Shown here in pieces: positions 48,296 through 57,600 of a stretch of 64,000 nucleotides of DNA (position 1 is its first letter; each line of letters opens with the position of its first letter). Under the pieces are notes generated by a model that did not search any database, had not been told where the DNA came from, and was given only the letters and a program-made list of their open reading frames with translations. The position numbers and the translations under genes were made by a program. Source of the stretch: an uncultured Clostridium sp. (GTDB lineage: Bacteria > Bacillota > Clostridia > Ch29); contig CAZGUG010000001.1 in NCBI GenBank assembly GCA_964529035.1, positions 16,886 through 80,885 of the forward strand, in the 5' to 3' direction.

Positions 48296-49474
48296 TTGAA
48301 CCGGGTGAAAAGGATAGCGGTTTTGGGTTCGACCGGCTCCATTGGCGTCCAGACATTGGAGGTGGCGGCAAGGAACAGACAAAAAATAGAGATTACGGCT
48401 CTGACCGCCGGAAAAAACCACCGGAAAATGCTTGAGCAGATAATGAAATTCAAACCACGGCTGGCGGCACTAAAGGACAGCAGCAGTGCGGAAGAACTCA
48501 GGAAAAACCTTGGAAACAGCGTTGACACGGTGGTGTTGGAAGGTACAGAGGGCATTATTAGATGTATTACGGAAAGCGGCTGCGACATGGTGCTGAACGC
48601 GATGGTTGGAATATCTGGGCTGATACCCACGCTCAAGGCGATAGAAGCCGGGAAGCACATTGCACTGGCCAACAAGGAAACACTGGTGGCGGGGGGACAG
48701 TTGGTGACCGGCATGGCAGTGAAAAAGGGTGTGAGAATACTGCCGGTGGACAGCGAGCATTCGGCTGTTTTTCAGTGCATTGGCGGCACCCGGAAAGAGC
48801 AGATAGAAAGGCTAATACTCACAGCCTCGGGAGGGCCCTTCAGGGGCAGAAAGGCCCAAGAGCTTGAGAACATAACTCCGGCGGATGCATTGAAACATCC
48901 AAACTGGAATATGGGCAGAAAAATATCGATAGATTCGGCCACCCTCATGAACAAGGGCCTGGAAGTTATTGAGGCAAGGTGGCTGTTCGGTATTATGCCG
49001 GACAGGATAGACGTGGTAGTACACCCCCAGAGCATAATACATTCGATGGTGGAGTTTGTTGACGGCGCCGTTTTGGCACAGCTGGGACAGCCGGATATGA
49101 GAATACCCATTCAGTACGCCCTGACCTATCCTGAAAGAATACCTTCCGGCGTGCAGCGGTATAATCCCCTGGAAGGGGGTAATCTGGAGTTTTTCGAGCC
49201 GGATACCGGAAATTTTCCGGCCCTGAAACTTGCCTACAGTGCCCTTGAAGCAGGAGGCACGATGACAGCTGTTCTTAACGGAGCCAATGAAGCTGCGGTG
49301 GAACTGTTTCTTGATGGGACAATATCCTTTAATAAGATACCGGTGGTTGTTGAACGGGTGATGGAAAAACATGCAGTATTTAATAACCCCGGTATAGATG
49401 ATATTATTTACTGGGACAGGTGGAGCAGACAGCAGGTGGTCAGAATTGTTGAAAAGGACGGTGGAGCAATTTGA
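48296..49474 (+). CDS. dxr: 1-deoxy-D-xylulose 5-phosphate reductoisomerase.
   Basis: RIAVLGSTGSIGVQTL NADPH-binding N-terminal; LANKETLV; about 390 aa; start is TTG 48296 or GTG 48305. Confidence 0.92.
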   Translation: MNRVKRIAVLGSTGSIGVQTLEVAARNRQKIEITALTAGKNHRKMLEQIMKFKPRLAALKDSSSAEELRKNLGNSVDTVVLEGTEGIIRCITESGCDMVLNAMVGISGLIPTLKAIEAGKHIALANKETLVAGGQLVTGMAVKKGVRILPVDSEHSAVFQCIGGTRKEQIERLILTASGGPFRGRKAQELENITPADALKHPNWNMGRKISIDSATLMNKGLEVIEARWLFGIMPDRIDVVVHPQSIIHSMVEFVDGAVLAQLGQPDMRIPIQYALTYPERIPSGVQRYNPLEGGNLEFFEPDTGNFPALKLAYSALEAGGTMTAVLNGANEAAVELFLDGTISFNKIPVVVERVMEKHAVFNNPGIDDIIYWDRWSRQQVVRIVEKDGGAI

Positions 49475-50490
49475 TAGCTACAATAAGCACTATAGTTGCA
49501 TCTATAGTTATATTTTCCCTAATGGTGTTTTCCCACGAGTTCGGTCATTTTATAACTGCAAAAAAAGCCGGGGTTAAGGTAGAAGAGTTCTCCATCGGTA
49601 TGGGACCTAAAATTGTATCCTGGAGACGTGATGATACCGGTTATTCCCTGAGGGCCTTTCCGATAGGCGGTTATGTGAAAATGCTGGGAGAGGACGGGTA
49701 TGCGGAAGGGGAGGGTTCCTTTCACAATAAATCGGTGGGTAAAAGACTGGGTATTCTTATGGCGGGGCCGGTAATGAACATTCTGCTTGCCATAGTTTTG
49801 TTCAGCATTATCTTTTTTGCGCTGGGTACTCCTACGACGGTTGTTGACAGTGTAATGAAAGATTACCCGGCGCAGGCTGCCGGTATAAGGCCCGGTGACA
49901 GGGTGGTCGGGATAGATGATATAAGGGTGAACAGTTGGGACAGACTTCAGTCTGTTATTTCCACCTTTGAAGGAGAGCGGATGAAAGTATCGGTAAGCCG
50001 TGACCGAGAGATGCTGTCTTTTTCAGTTGCTCCGATAACAGATGATCAAACCGGACAGCGGGTTATAGGAATAACACCCCGGTTTGAAAAAAGCATAATT
50101 GCTTCTGTGCGTACCGGTGTCACAAGGAGTTTTTCGGTTATCTGGCTGATGGTCACCTATCTGTCAGACCTTGTAACCGGCAGTGCATCTCCCGGAGAGG
50201 TGGTCGGAGCGGTGGGAATTGTTCAACTTGTAAATGAAGCCGCCAAAACGGGAATACTTAATCTGATGTTCCTTGCGGCCTTTCTGAGCCTTAATCTGGG
50301 GGTAATAAACCTCTTGCCCATACCCGCCCTGGACGGAGGAAGAATAGTATTTTTACTTATTGAGGGACTAAGGGGCAAGCCCATTGACATAGAAAAAGAA
50401 GGGCTTATACACTTTATTGGTTTTGTATTTCTTATACTGCTTATAATAGTGATCACATGGAACGATATAAGCAAAATAAACCTTTTTTAG
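49471..50490 (+). CDS. rseP: RIP site-2 metalloprotease RseP (YluC).
   Basis: HEFGHF zinc motif in TM1, PDZ domain, LDGG motif (NLLPIPALDGGRIVF). Confidence 0.9.
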   Translation: MIATISTIVASIVIFSLMVFSHEFGHFITAKKAGVKVEEFSIGMGPKIVSWRRDDTGYSLRAFPIGGYVKMLGEDGYAEGEGSFHNKSVGKRLGILMAGPVMNILLAIVLFSIIFFALGTPTTVVDSVMKDYPAQAAGIRPGDRVVGIDDIRVNSWDRLQSVISTFEGERMKVSVSRDREMLSFSVAPITDDQTGQRVIGITPRFEKSIIASVRTGVTRSFSVIWLMVTYLSDLVTGSASPGEVVGAVGIVQLVNEAAKTGILNLMFLAAFLSLNLGVINLLPIPALDGGRIVFLLIEGLRGKPIDIEKEGLIHFIGFVFLILLIIVITWNDISKINLF

Positions 50491-50509
50491 CGTAAGGAGG
50501 GAAACCGCT

Positions 50510-51556
50510 TTGGCCCAGCATACAAAAACAGTATACATAGGAAAAGTGCCTGTGGGAGGCGGTAATCCCATAACCGTCCAGTCTATGACCAATACAAAGA
50601 CCTCTGAAACAAAAGCAACGGTGAAACAGATACTGGAGCTTGAGAGGGGGGGATGCGATATAGTAAGGGTAGCGGTGCCGGACGAATACGCGGCCCGCAG
50701 CCTGCCAGAGATAAAAAAGGAGGTCTCTGTTCCAGTCGTTGCCGACATACATTTCGATTATCGTCTTGCCCTACTGGTTGTCGAAATGGGAGCCGATTCG
50801 CTGCGCATTAATCCGGGGAACATTGGCTCTTTGGACCGGCTTGAACAGGTGGTAAAGGCGGCAAAAAGAAAGGGTATCCCAATAAGGATTGGGGTAAATG
50901 CCGGTTCACTGGAAAGGGACATACTTGAAAGATATAAAACCCCTTCGGCCGACGCCATGGTGGAAAGCGCTTTAAGAAACGTAATAACCCTCGAAAGGCT
51001 GGGGTTTTACGATATCAAGATATCGCTTAAATCCTCCGACGTAAAAACCACAATAAGGGCGTACAGAACCATTGCGGACAAAACCGAATACCCGTTACAC
51101 CTCGGGGTTACCGAAGCCGGAACCTTTGTATCGGGTACAGTCAAGTCCGCTGTGGGAATAGGAAGCCTTCTGGCTGAGGGTGTAGGCGACACAATAAGGG
51201 TTTCACTGACCGATCATCCTTTGAGGGAGGTAGAGGTTGGAAAGGAAATACTGAGGTGCCTGGGGCTTTGCAAAAAGGGTGTGGAGATAGTATCCTGTCC
51301 CACCTGCGGCAGATGCGAAGTAGACATAATAGAACTGGCCAAAAGGGTGAAGGATGCCGCCAGGGAAATCCACAAGCCTATCAAGATAGCAATAATGGGA
51401 TGTGCGGTCAACGGTCCCGGCGAAGCCAGGGAAGCGGATATCGGAATTGCCGGTGGAAAGGGAAAAGGCATAATATTTAAAAACGGGAAGATAATAAAGA
51501 GGGTTGAGGAACAAAAATTGCTGGATGCATTGCTTGAAGAAATAGATAAATATTGA
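50510..51556 (+). CDS. ispG: 4-hydroxy-3-methylbut-2-enyl diphosphate synthase (IspG/GcpE).
   Basis: TVYIGKVPVGGGNPITVQSMTNT; Cys cluster CPTCGRC...GCAVNGPGE; TTG start. Confidence 0.92.
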   Translation: MAQHTKTVYIGKVPVGGGNPITVQSMTNTKTSETKATVKQILELERGGCDIVRVAVPDEYAARSLPEIKKEVSVPVVADIHFDYRLALLVVEMGADSLRINPGNIGSLDRLEQVVKAAKRKGIPIRIGVNAGSLERDILERYKTPSADAMVESALRNVITLERLGFYDIKISLKSSDVKTTIRAYRTIADKTEYPLHLGVTEAGTFVSGTVKSAVGIGSLLAEGVGDTIRVSLTDHPLREVEVGKEILRCLGLCKKGVEIVSCPTCGRCEVDIIELAKRVKDAAREIHKPIKIAIMGCAVNGPGEAREADIGIAGGKGKGIIFKNGKIIKRVEEQKLLDALLEEIDKY

Positions 51557-51581
51557 CATAAACCAGTTGTTTATATAATAT
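51553..51581 (+). promoter_or_regulatory. Sigma-A promoter for the proS leader.
   Basis: TTGACA (51553-58, overlapping the ispG stop), 17-nt spacer, TAATAT (51576-81). Confidence 0.6.
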
Positions 51582-51603
51582 ATAGTAAACTTAAAATATT
51601 AAT

Positions 51604-51800
51604 GCTGTTGCGGGGAATAGTAGAAGTAATCAGGTCAAAAGAGAGGGGGATACGGTGGAAACCCCCGGCCAAAAAGCTTTGAACCCGCCCCCGGAATACA
51701 AAACAGCGGTGTGAAACCGTTATCATCTTTTAAGAGGGCCTTTGGCCAAAAAGGGTGGTACCGCGAATCCTTCGTCCCTTTGGGAGGGGGATTTATTTAT
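51604..51800 (+). ncRNA. T-box riboswitch leader regulating proS, probably proline-specific.
   Basis: Stem I base GCTGTT (51604-09) / AACAGC (51701-06) with an AGAGA GA-motif. Specifier-loop candidate GAA-CCC-G (Pro codon). Conserved T-box sequence AAGGGTGGTACCGCG (51751-65), followed by a hairpin and a U-rich tract before the proS RBS. Confidence 0.8.
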
Positions 51801-51817
51801 TTGGAAGGAGTGGTTAA

Positions 51818-53260
51818 ATGGCTAAAAAGAATGACGATTTTGTAACCCATATCACAAAACAGGAGGAAGACTTTTCCCAGTGGTATACAGACGTGATACG
51901 AAAGGCCGATTTGGTTGATTATTCACCGGTCAGGGGATGTATGGTGATAAAGCCCTACGGATATGCAATTTGGGAAAATATGCAGCGTGAGTTGGATAAG
52001 AGGTTCAAGGCTACCGGGCACACCAATGCCTATTTTCCGCTTTTTATACCCGAAAGCCTGCTTCAAAAGGAAATAGAGCATGTGGAAGGTTTTGCGCCGG
52101 AAGTGGCCTGGGTTACCGCAGGCGGTGACGAGCAGCTTTCAGAAAGGCTGGCGGTGAGACCGACTTCCGAAACCCTTATCTGCAGTATGTATGCCAAATG
52201 GATAAAATCCTACAGGGATTTACCGGTTTTATATAATCAATGGGGTAACGTTGTGAGATGGGAAAAAAGTACAAGGCCCTTCCTAAGAACCTCGGAATTC
52301 CTGTGGCAGGAGGGGCATACCGCCCATGCCACCGAAAAGGATGCGGAGGAAGAGACCCTGAGGATACTTGATGTGTACAGGGACTTCGCGGAGAACGTGA
52401 TGGCAATCCCGATGGTTTTAGGGAAAAAATCCGAGAGGGAGAAGTTTGCCGGGGCCCTTAGAACATATACCATGGAAGCACTGATGCTTGACGGAAAAGC
52501 GCTGCAGGCGGGCACTTCCCACAATCTGGGGCAGCATTTTGCCAAGGTGTTTGACATACAGTACCTTGACAGGGACGGGGAACTGAAATACGTATGGACA
52601 ACATCCTGGGGAACCTCAACACGTATGATAGGCGGAGTAATAATGGTACACGGCGATAACAGGGGACTTGTACTGCCGCCCGCCATAGCACCCTACCAGG
52701 CGGTAATAGTACCTGTAGCACAACACAGGGAAGGGGTTCTGGAAAAGGCAAGGGAAATATCTGAAAATCTGTCTTCGGAATACAGGATTTACCTGGACGA
52801 TCGCGATACCTACAGCCCGGGGTGGAAGTTTAACGAATGGGAACTGAAAGGTGTTCCGGTGAGACTGGAGATAGGCCCCAGAGACATACAGAAGGGTGAG
52901 GTTATTGCGGTAAGGCGGGATACCGGCGAAAAGACAGCCATAAAAATATCGAAGCTTCAGGAAAGGGTAGGCGCACTGCTTGTGGACATTCACATCGGTA
53001 TATACCGAAAAGCCCTTGAGTTCAGGGAAAACAATACTCATAACGCAGGGAGCATAGAACAGCTGGTTTCGATTATCGAGAAAAAAACGGGTTTTGTCAG
53101 GGCGCACTGGTGCGGCAACGACGAGTGCGAAGCATTTGTCAAGGAAAAAACCGGTGCCACCATACGGTGTATACCCTTTAAACAGGAACAATCCGGCGGC
53201 CGGTGCGTTGTTTGCGGGAAAAAGGCCGAAGAACTGGCGTATTTTGCGAAGGCTTACTAG
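51818..53260 (+). CDS. proS: Prolyl-tRNA synthetase, archaeal/eukaryotic-like short type (no INS editing domain).
   Basis: MAKKNDDFVTHITKQEEDFSQWYTDVIRKADLVDYSPVRGCMVIKPYGYAIWE...; class II motifs; C-terminal Zn-binding domain (CGNDECE...CVVCGKKA); 480 aa. Confidence 0.92.
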   Translation: MAKKNDDFVTHITKQEEDFSQWYTDVIRKADLVDYSPVRGCMVIKPYGYAIWENMQRELDKRFKATGHTNAYFPLFIPESLLQKEIEHVEGFAPEVAWVTAGGDEQLSERLAVRPTSETLICSMYAKWIKSYRDLPVLYNQWGNVVRWEKSTRPFLRTSEFLWQEGHTAHATEKDAEEETLRILDVYRDFAENVMAIPMVLGKKSEREKFAGALRTYTMEALMLDGKALQAGTSHNLGQHFAKVFDIQYLDRDGELKYVWTTSWGTSTRMIGGVIMVHGDNRGLVLPPAIAPYQAVIVPVAQHREGVLEKAREISENLSSEYRIYLDDRDTYSPGWKFNEWELKGVPVRLEIGPRDIQKGEVIAVRRDTGEKTAIKISKLQERVGALLVDIHIGIYRKALEFRENNTHNAGSIEQLVSIIEKKTGFVRAHWCGNDECEAFVKEKTGATIRCIPFKQEQSGGRCVVCGKKAEELAYFAKAY

Positions 53261-53288
53261 GGGTGGAAAGTTTCCGCCCTTTTTTTAT
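53261..53288 (+). terminator. Intrinsic terminator after proS.
   Basis: GGGTGGAA-AGT-TTCCGCCC hairpin followed by TTTTTTTAT. Confidence 0.75.
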
Positions 53289-53374
53289 ATATTGTCCATA
53301 TCGAGTGTTGTAAGTGCCAAAAATATGGTAATATTTATATATAGAAGCAGACGAAATACCAGGGAGGAAGAATA

Positions 53375-54001
53375 ATGGAAGTTACGGCAATAATACCGGC
53401 ATTAAACGAAGAGGAAAGAATAGCCAATGTTCTTGATGCAGTGAAAAAGTCCGGCTTGGTAGATAGAATAATAGTGGTGGACGACGGATCCGGGGACAGA
53501 ACAGCAGAAGTTGCGGAAGAGATGGACGTTGAGGTTATTAGAAACGATAAAAATATAGGAAAGGGCGGAGCCCTGTGTAAGGGCCTTAAAAACTGCACGT
53601 CGGATGTAATACTGTTCGTGGATGCGGACCTCTGCGGTCTGGAACCGAAGGATATTGACGCACTGTTAAGGCCGGTTATATCGGATAAGTATGACATGTC
53701 TGTGGGAATTTTTTCAAACGGCAGGTTAACCACAGACCTTGCGCAGAGGGTAGCACCGTTTCTGTCCGGTCAAAGGGCTATAAAAAGAAATATACTAAAC
53801 GATATCAGCGGTCTGGAGATATCGAGATACGGAGCGGAGGTTGCAATAAACAGATACGTAAAGAAAAACAGGGTTAGAATCAAAGAAGTAATACTGGAGC
53901 ATGTATCCCACGTAATGAAGGAAGAAAAGATGGGGCTTATCCGCGGGTTTGCCGAAAGGCTTAAGATGTATTGGGACATAGTAAAAGCACTTAAGGATTA
54001 A
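53375..54001 (+). CDS. Family-2 glycosyltransferase (short, DPM/DPG-synthase-like catalytic domain only).
   Basis: IIPALNEEERI...IIVVDDGSGDRT...VDADL carries the GT-A DxD-type motifs; 208 aa. Confidence 0.75.
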   Translation: MEVTAIIPALNEEERIANVLDAVKKSGLVDRIIVVDDGSGDRTAEVAEEMDVEVIRNDKNIGKGGALCKGLKNCTSDVILFVDADLCGLEPKDIDALLRPVISDKYDMSVGIFSNGRLTTDLAQRVAPFLSGQRAIKRNILNDISGLEISRYGAEVAINRYVKKNRVRIKEVILEHVSHVMKEEKMGLIRGFAERLKMYWDIVKALKD

Positions 54002-54015
54002 TGGGGGGTGTGACT

Positions 54016-54681
54016 ATGCTTACAAGTCAGGATGTACTGATAAGAATCCTTTTAGCCTTTCTATTGAGCGGAGCTATCGGTATTGAAAGAGAGTACGGAA
54101 ACCGGCCTGCGGGCCTCAGAACACATATACTGGTCTGCATGGGTTCTACTTTGGTAATGCTTGTTTCCTTTCACATATTTGAAATATTTAAAGGACAAAC
54201 CGATCTTGACCCTGCCAGGCTGGGAGCCCAGGTAATAAGCGGAATTGGTTTTCTTGGAGCCGGAACAATTTTGAAAGAAGGGCCCACAATCCGCGGGCTC
54301 ACCACCGCTGCGGCGCTTTGGGTGGCAGCATGTATAGGATTAGCGGTCGGAGCGGGATTTTATTTCGGAGCGGTGGTAATTACAGTGGTGATAGTGATTA
54401 CCCTGACAGTCGTAAACAGGCTGGAAAACAGGATTAACAAAGAAAAGAACAATTATTCGGTAACCTTACATGCCGACAACATACCCGGCCAATTGGGCAG
54501 AATAGGCAGCGCTTTGGGTGCAAGGGGCATATCCATCAGAAACATTCAGATGGAAGAAATGGATAACTGTTTGGTTGAAATAGAACTGCTGATAAAACTT
54601 CCGGATTCAATGGGCCTGGAAGAAGCAATTCATATATTGGATGAAGTGGAAGGCAATAAAAAAATAATTGAGGCTAGCTAG
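54016..54681 (+). CDS. mgtC: MgtC/SapB-family membrane protein.
   Basis: LLSGAIGIEREYGNRPAGLRTHILVCMGS is the MgtC N-terminal signature; C-terminal ACT-like domain. ATG 54016 after GGGGGGTG; the ORF-track start 54001 overlaps the GT2 stop. Confidence 0.8.
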   Translation: MLTSQDVLIRILLAFLLSGAIGIEREYGNRPAGLRTHILVCMGSTLVMLVSFHIFEIFKGQTDLDPARLGAQVISGIGFLGAGTILKEGPTIRGLTTAAALWVAACIGLAVGAGFYFGAVVITVVIVITLTVVNRLENRINKEKNNYSVTLHADNIPGQLGRIGSALGARGISIRNIQMEEMDNCLVEIELLIKLPDSMGLEEAIHILDEVEGNKKIIEAS

Positions 54682-54699
54682 CGGGGGGTAAGACAAAAA

Positions 54700-57600
54700 A
54701 TGCAGGAATTGTCCGGGCAAATAGAAAGGGTACTGGTAAACGAGGAAAACAAAATAGTAATAGTTGTTCTTAAGGAGGACAGCAGCATTAAGAGTCCTGA
54801 TGAAAAAATCAAAGGAATTAAAAAAAAATTTAAAAAGAACAGAATAAAAAGTATAAAAATGATCCGCCGGACGGGAAAAGAAAGCTTGGATATGTTTTTT
54901 AAAACCTACTGGTCTTTTTTTTGCGAACTGTGGGAGGAAAGTTTTCCTGCCAACAGGCAGTGGATTAGAAACTGCGGCTATAAACTTGAAGGAAACAACA
55001 TACATATCATATTCAATAATGAAATGGCGGTAGATACCCTTGAAGAAAAAGATTTTGTGAAACTTACCAAAAGGGTTTTGGGAGCACTTGGGATGGACAC
55101 TATGAATATTCTGCTTGAATTGAGTGAGGAGGCACAAAGTCAGGCCGAAGACAGGCAGCACAGGGAGCAAAAAGACCTGGAAGAGCTTACCGAAATAAGA
55201 AAAATAGTAAACCGCAAAAGGGAAAAGTCTAAGGATAAAACAAAGATGCTGATTGGACGCTCCTTCAAGGGCAAACCAAAGCCGATTAAAGAGATAGTAC
55301 AGGATGCCGGAACGGCAATCGTTGAAGGGGAAATATGCAGGATTGAAAGGAAAGAAATCAAGTCGGAACGGTTTTCACTGTTATTGTCTGTATTTGTAAC
55401 CGATTACCAGGATACAATCGAATGCCGCTTTTTTATAGCAAAGGGAGGAAGAAGCAGCATAACAAATGAATTAAAGGCAGGCGACAGAATAAGGATAAAG
55501 GGAGAAGCCCAGTATAACAAATACTCAAAGGAAATAACCATAGTGGGCAGGGACTTGATAAAACTGCCGGGCAACTGCAGAACAGATGACAGTGAACAAA
55601 AAAGGGTAGAGCTGCATGCCCACACCCGTTTCAGCGTTCTGGACGGGGTTGTACCGGTGGAGGCACTGGTTGAAAGGGCTGCAGAGTGGGGACACAAAGC
55701 GGTTGCGATAACCGACCATGGTGTGGTTCAGGCATTTCCGGAGGCCTATGAAGCTTCGAAGAAAACAGGAGTGAAGGTGATATACGGGCTTGAAGGGTAT
55801 ATGATAGACGACCTTTCAGGTATTACCACCCGAGACTTTGACTGGGAAAAAGATGATGAATTTGTAGTTTTCGATATAGAAACCACCGGTCTTGATCCGG
55901 CAAAGGATCAAATAACCGAAATAGGCGCCGTTAAGATTAGAAACAAAAGAATTGTGGATAAATTCCATACCCTGATTAACCCATGCATACCCATACCGGC
56001 AGAAATCACTGAACTTACCGGTATAAATGACGAAATGGTAAAGGACAGCCCCACCATTCGACAGGTAATGCCGGAGTTTCTGGATTTTGCAAAGGATTCA
56101 ATCCTGGCGGCCCACAATGCATCCTTTGATATGGGATTTATATATGAAAAATCAGCCGGTATGGGGTTGAAGCCCCAGAACAGGGTGCTGGATACACTGA
56201 GCCTTTCAAGAAAGTTGTTTCCATTTTTAAAAACCCATAAGCTTGGAGCAGTAGCCAAGCATCTCGGCATAAGAATGGACAGGGCCCACAGGGCGGATGA
56301 CGATGCCAGGGCTGCAGCACAGATATTACTGGAATGCCTGGACAGAATGGACAAGGCTGTTGAAAACGGTTTGAAAGAAAAGGGTAAGGAGCAGATAGCG
56401 AAGGAAACCCTGAGCAGGATGAAAGCCTATCATATAATTGTTCTGGCACAAAATCAGCAGGGTCTGAATAATCTGTATAAAATCGTAACCAGGTCACACC
56501 TTGAGTATTTCTACAAGACTCCGAGAATACCCAAAAGCCTTTTGATGAAATATAAAAAAGGCTTGATACTGGGCAGTGCCTGTGAAGCCGGTGAACTCTT
56601 CAGGGGAATTATTGAAGGGAAAAACGACAAAGAACTGGAACGGATCGCAAAATTCTATGACTTCCTCGAAATACAGCCGCTGGGTAACAATGAATTTCTA
56701 GTTGAAAATGGCATACTGGAAAGCAGTGAAAAGATAAAAGAAATAAACAAAAAAATATACGAGATAGGCGAAAATCTGGGGATACCGGTGGTTGCGACCG
56801 GAGACGTGCATTTTCTAAATCCCGAAGACGAAGTTTTCAGAAGAATAATAATGGCGGGTAAGAGATTTGCAGATGCCGACAGGCAGGCTCCACTTTATTT
56901 TAAAACCACTGAGGAAATGCTTGATGAGTTCGGGTATCTTGGAAAAGACGCGGCAGTGGAAGTGGTTGTAACAAACACAAACCAAATAAGTGAAAGGATA
57001 AATGATTTGACACCTGTGCCCCTGGAGACCTATCCGCCGACCCTTCCCGGAGCCGAACAAAAGCTAAGGGATATAACATGGATGGAAGCCAAGAAAAGGT
57101 ACGGAGACCCGCTGCCCGATTTGGTAAAAGAGAGGCTGGAAAGGGAGCTTAGGGCCATTACAGATAACGGATATGCGGTAATGTTTATAATTGCACAAAG
57201 ATTAGTTTCCAAATCACTGGAAGACGGATACCTGGTAGGATCGAGGGGATCGGTGGGCTCATCGCTGGTGGCAACCGTTAGCGGTATAACCGAAGTTAAC
57301 CCTCTGCCGCCCCATTACCTATGCGGCAAATGCAAATACAGCCACTTCGTTACCGACGGCAGCGTCGGTGCGGGAGCCGACCTTGATGACAAAACTTGTC
57401 CGGCCTGCGGTGCCAAACTTATAAAACAGGGATTTGACATACCCTTTGAAGTATTCATGGGTTTTGAAGGGGACAAGGAGCCGGATATCGATTTGAACTT
57501 TTCCGGGGAATACCAGGCCAAAGCCCACAGGCATACGGAAGAGCTGTTCGGCAAAGAACAGGTTTACAGGGCCGGCACCATATCCACACTGGCGGATAAA

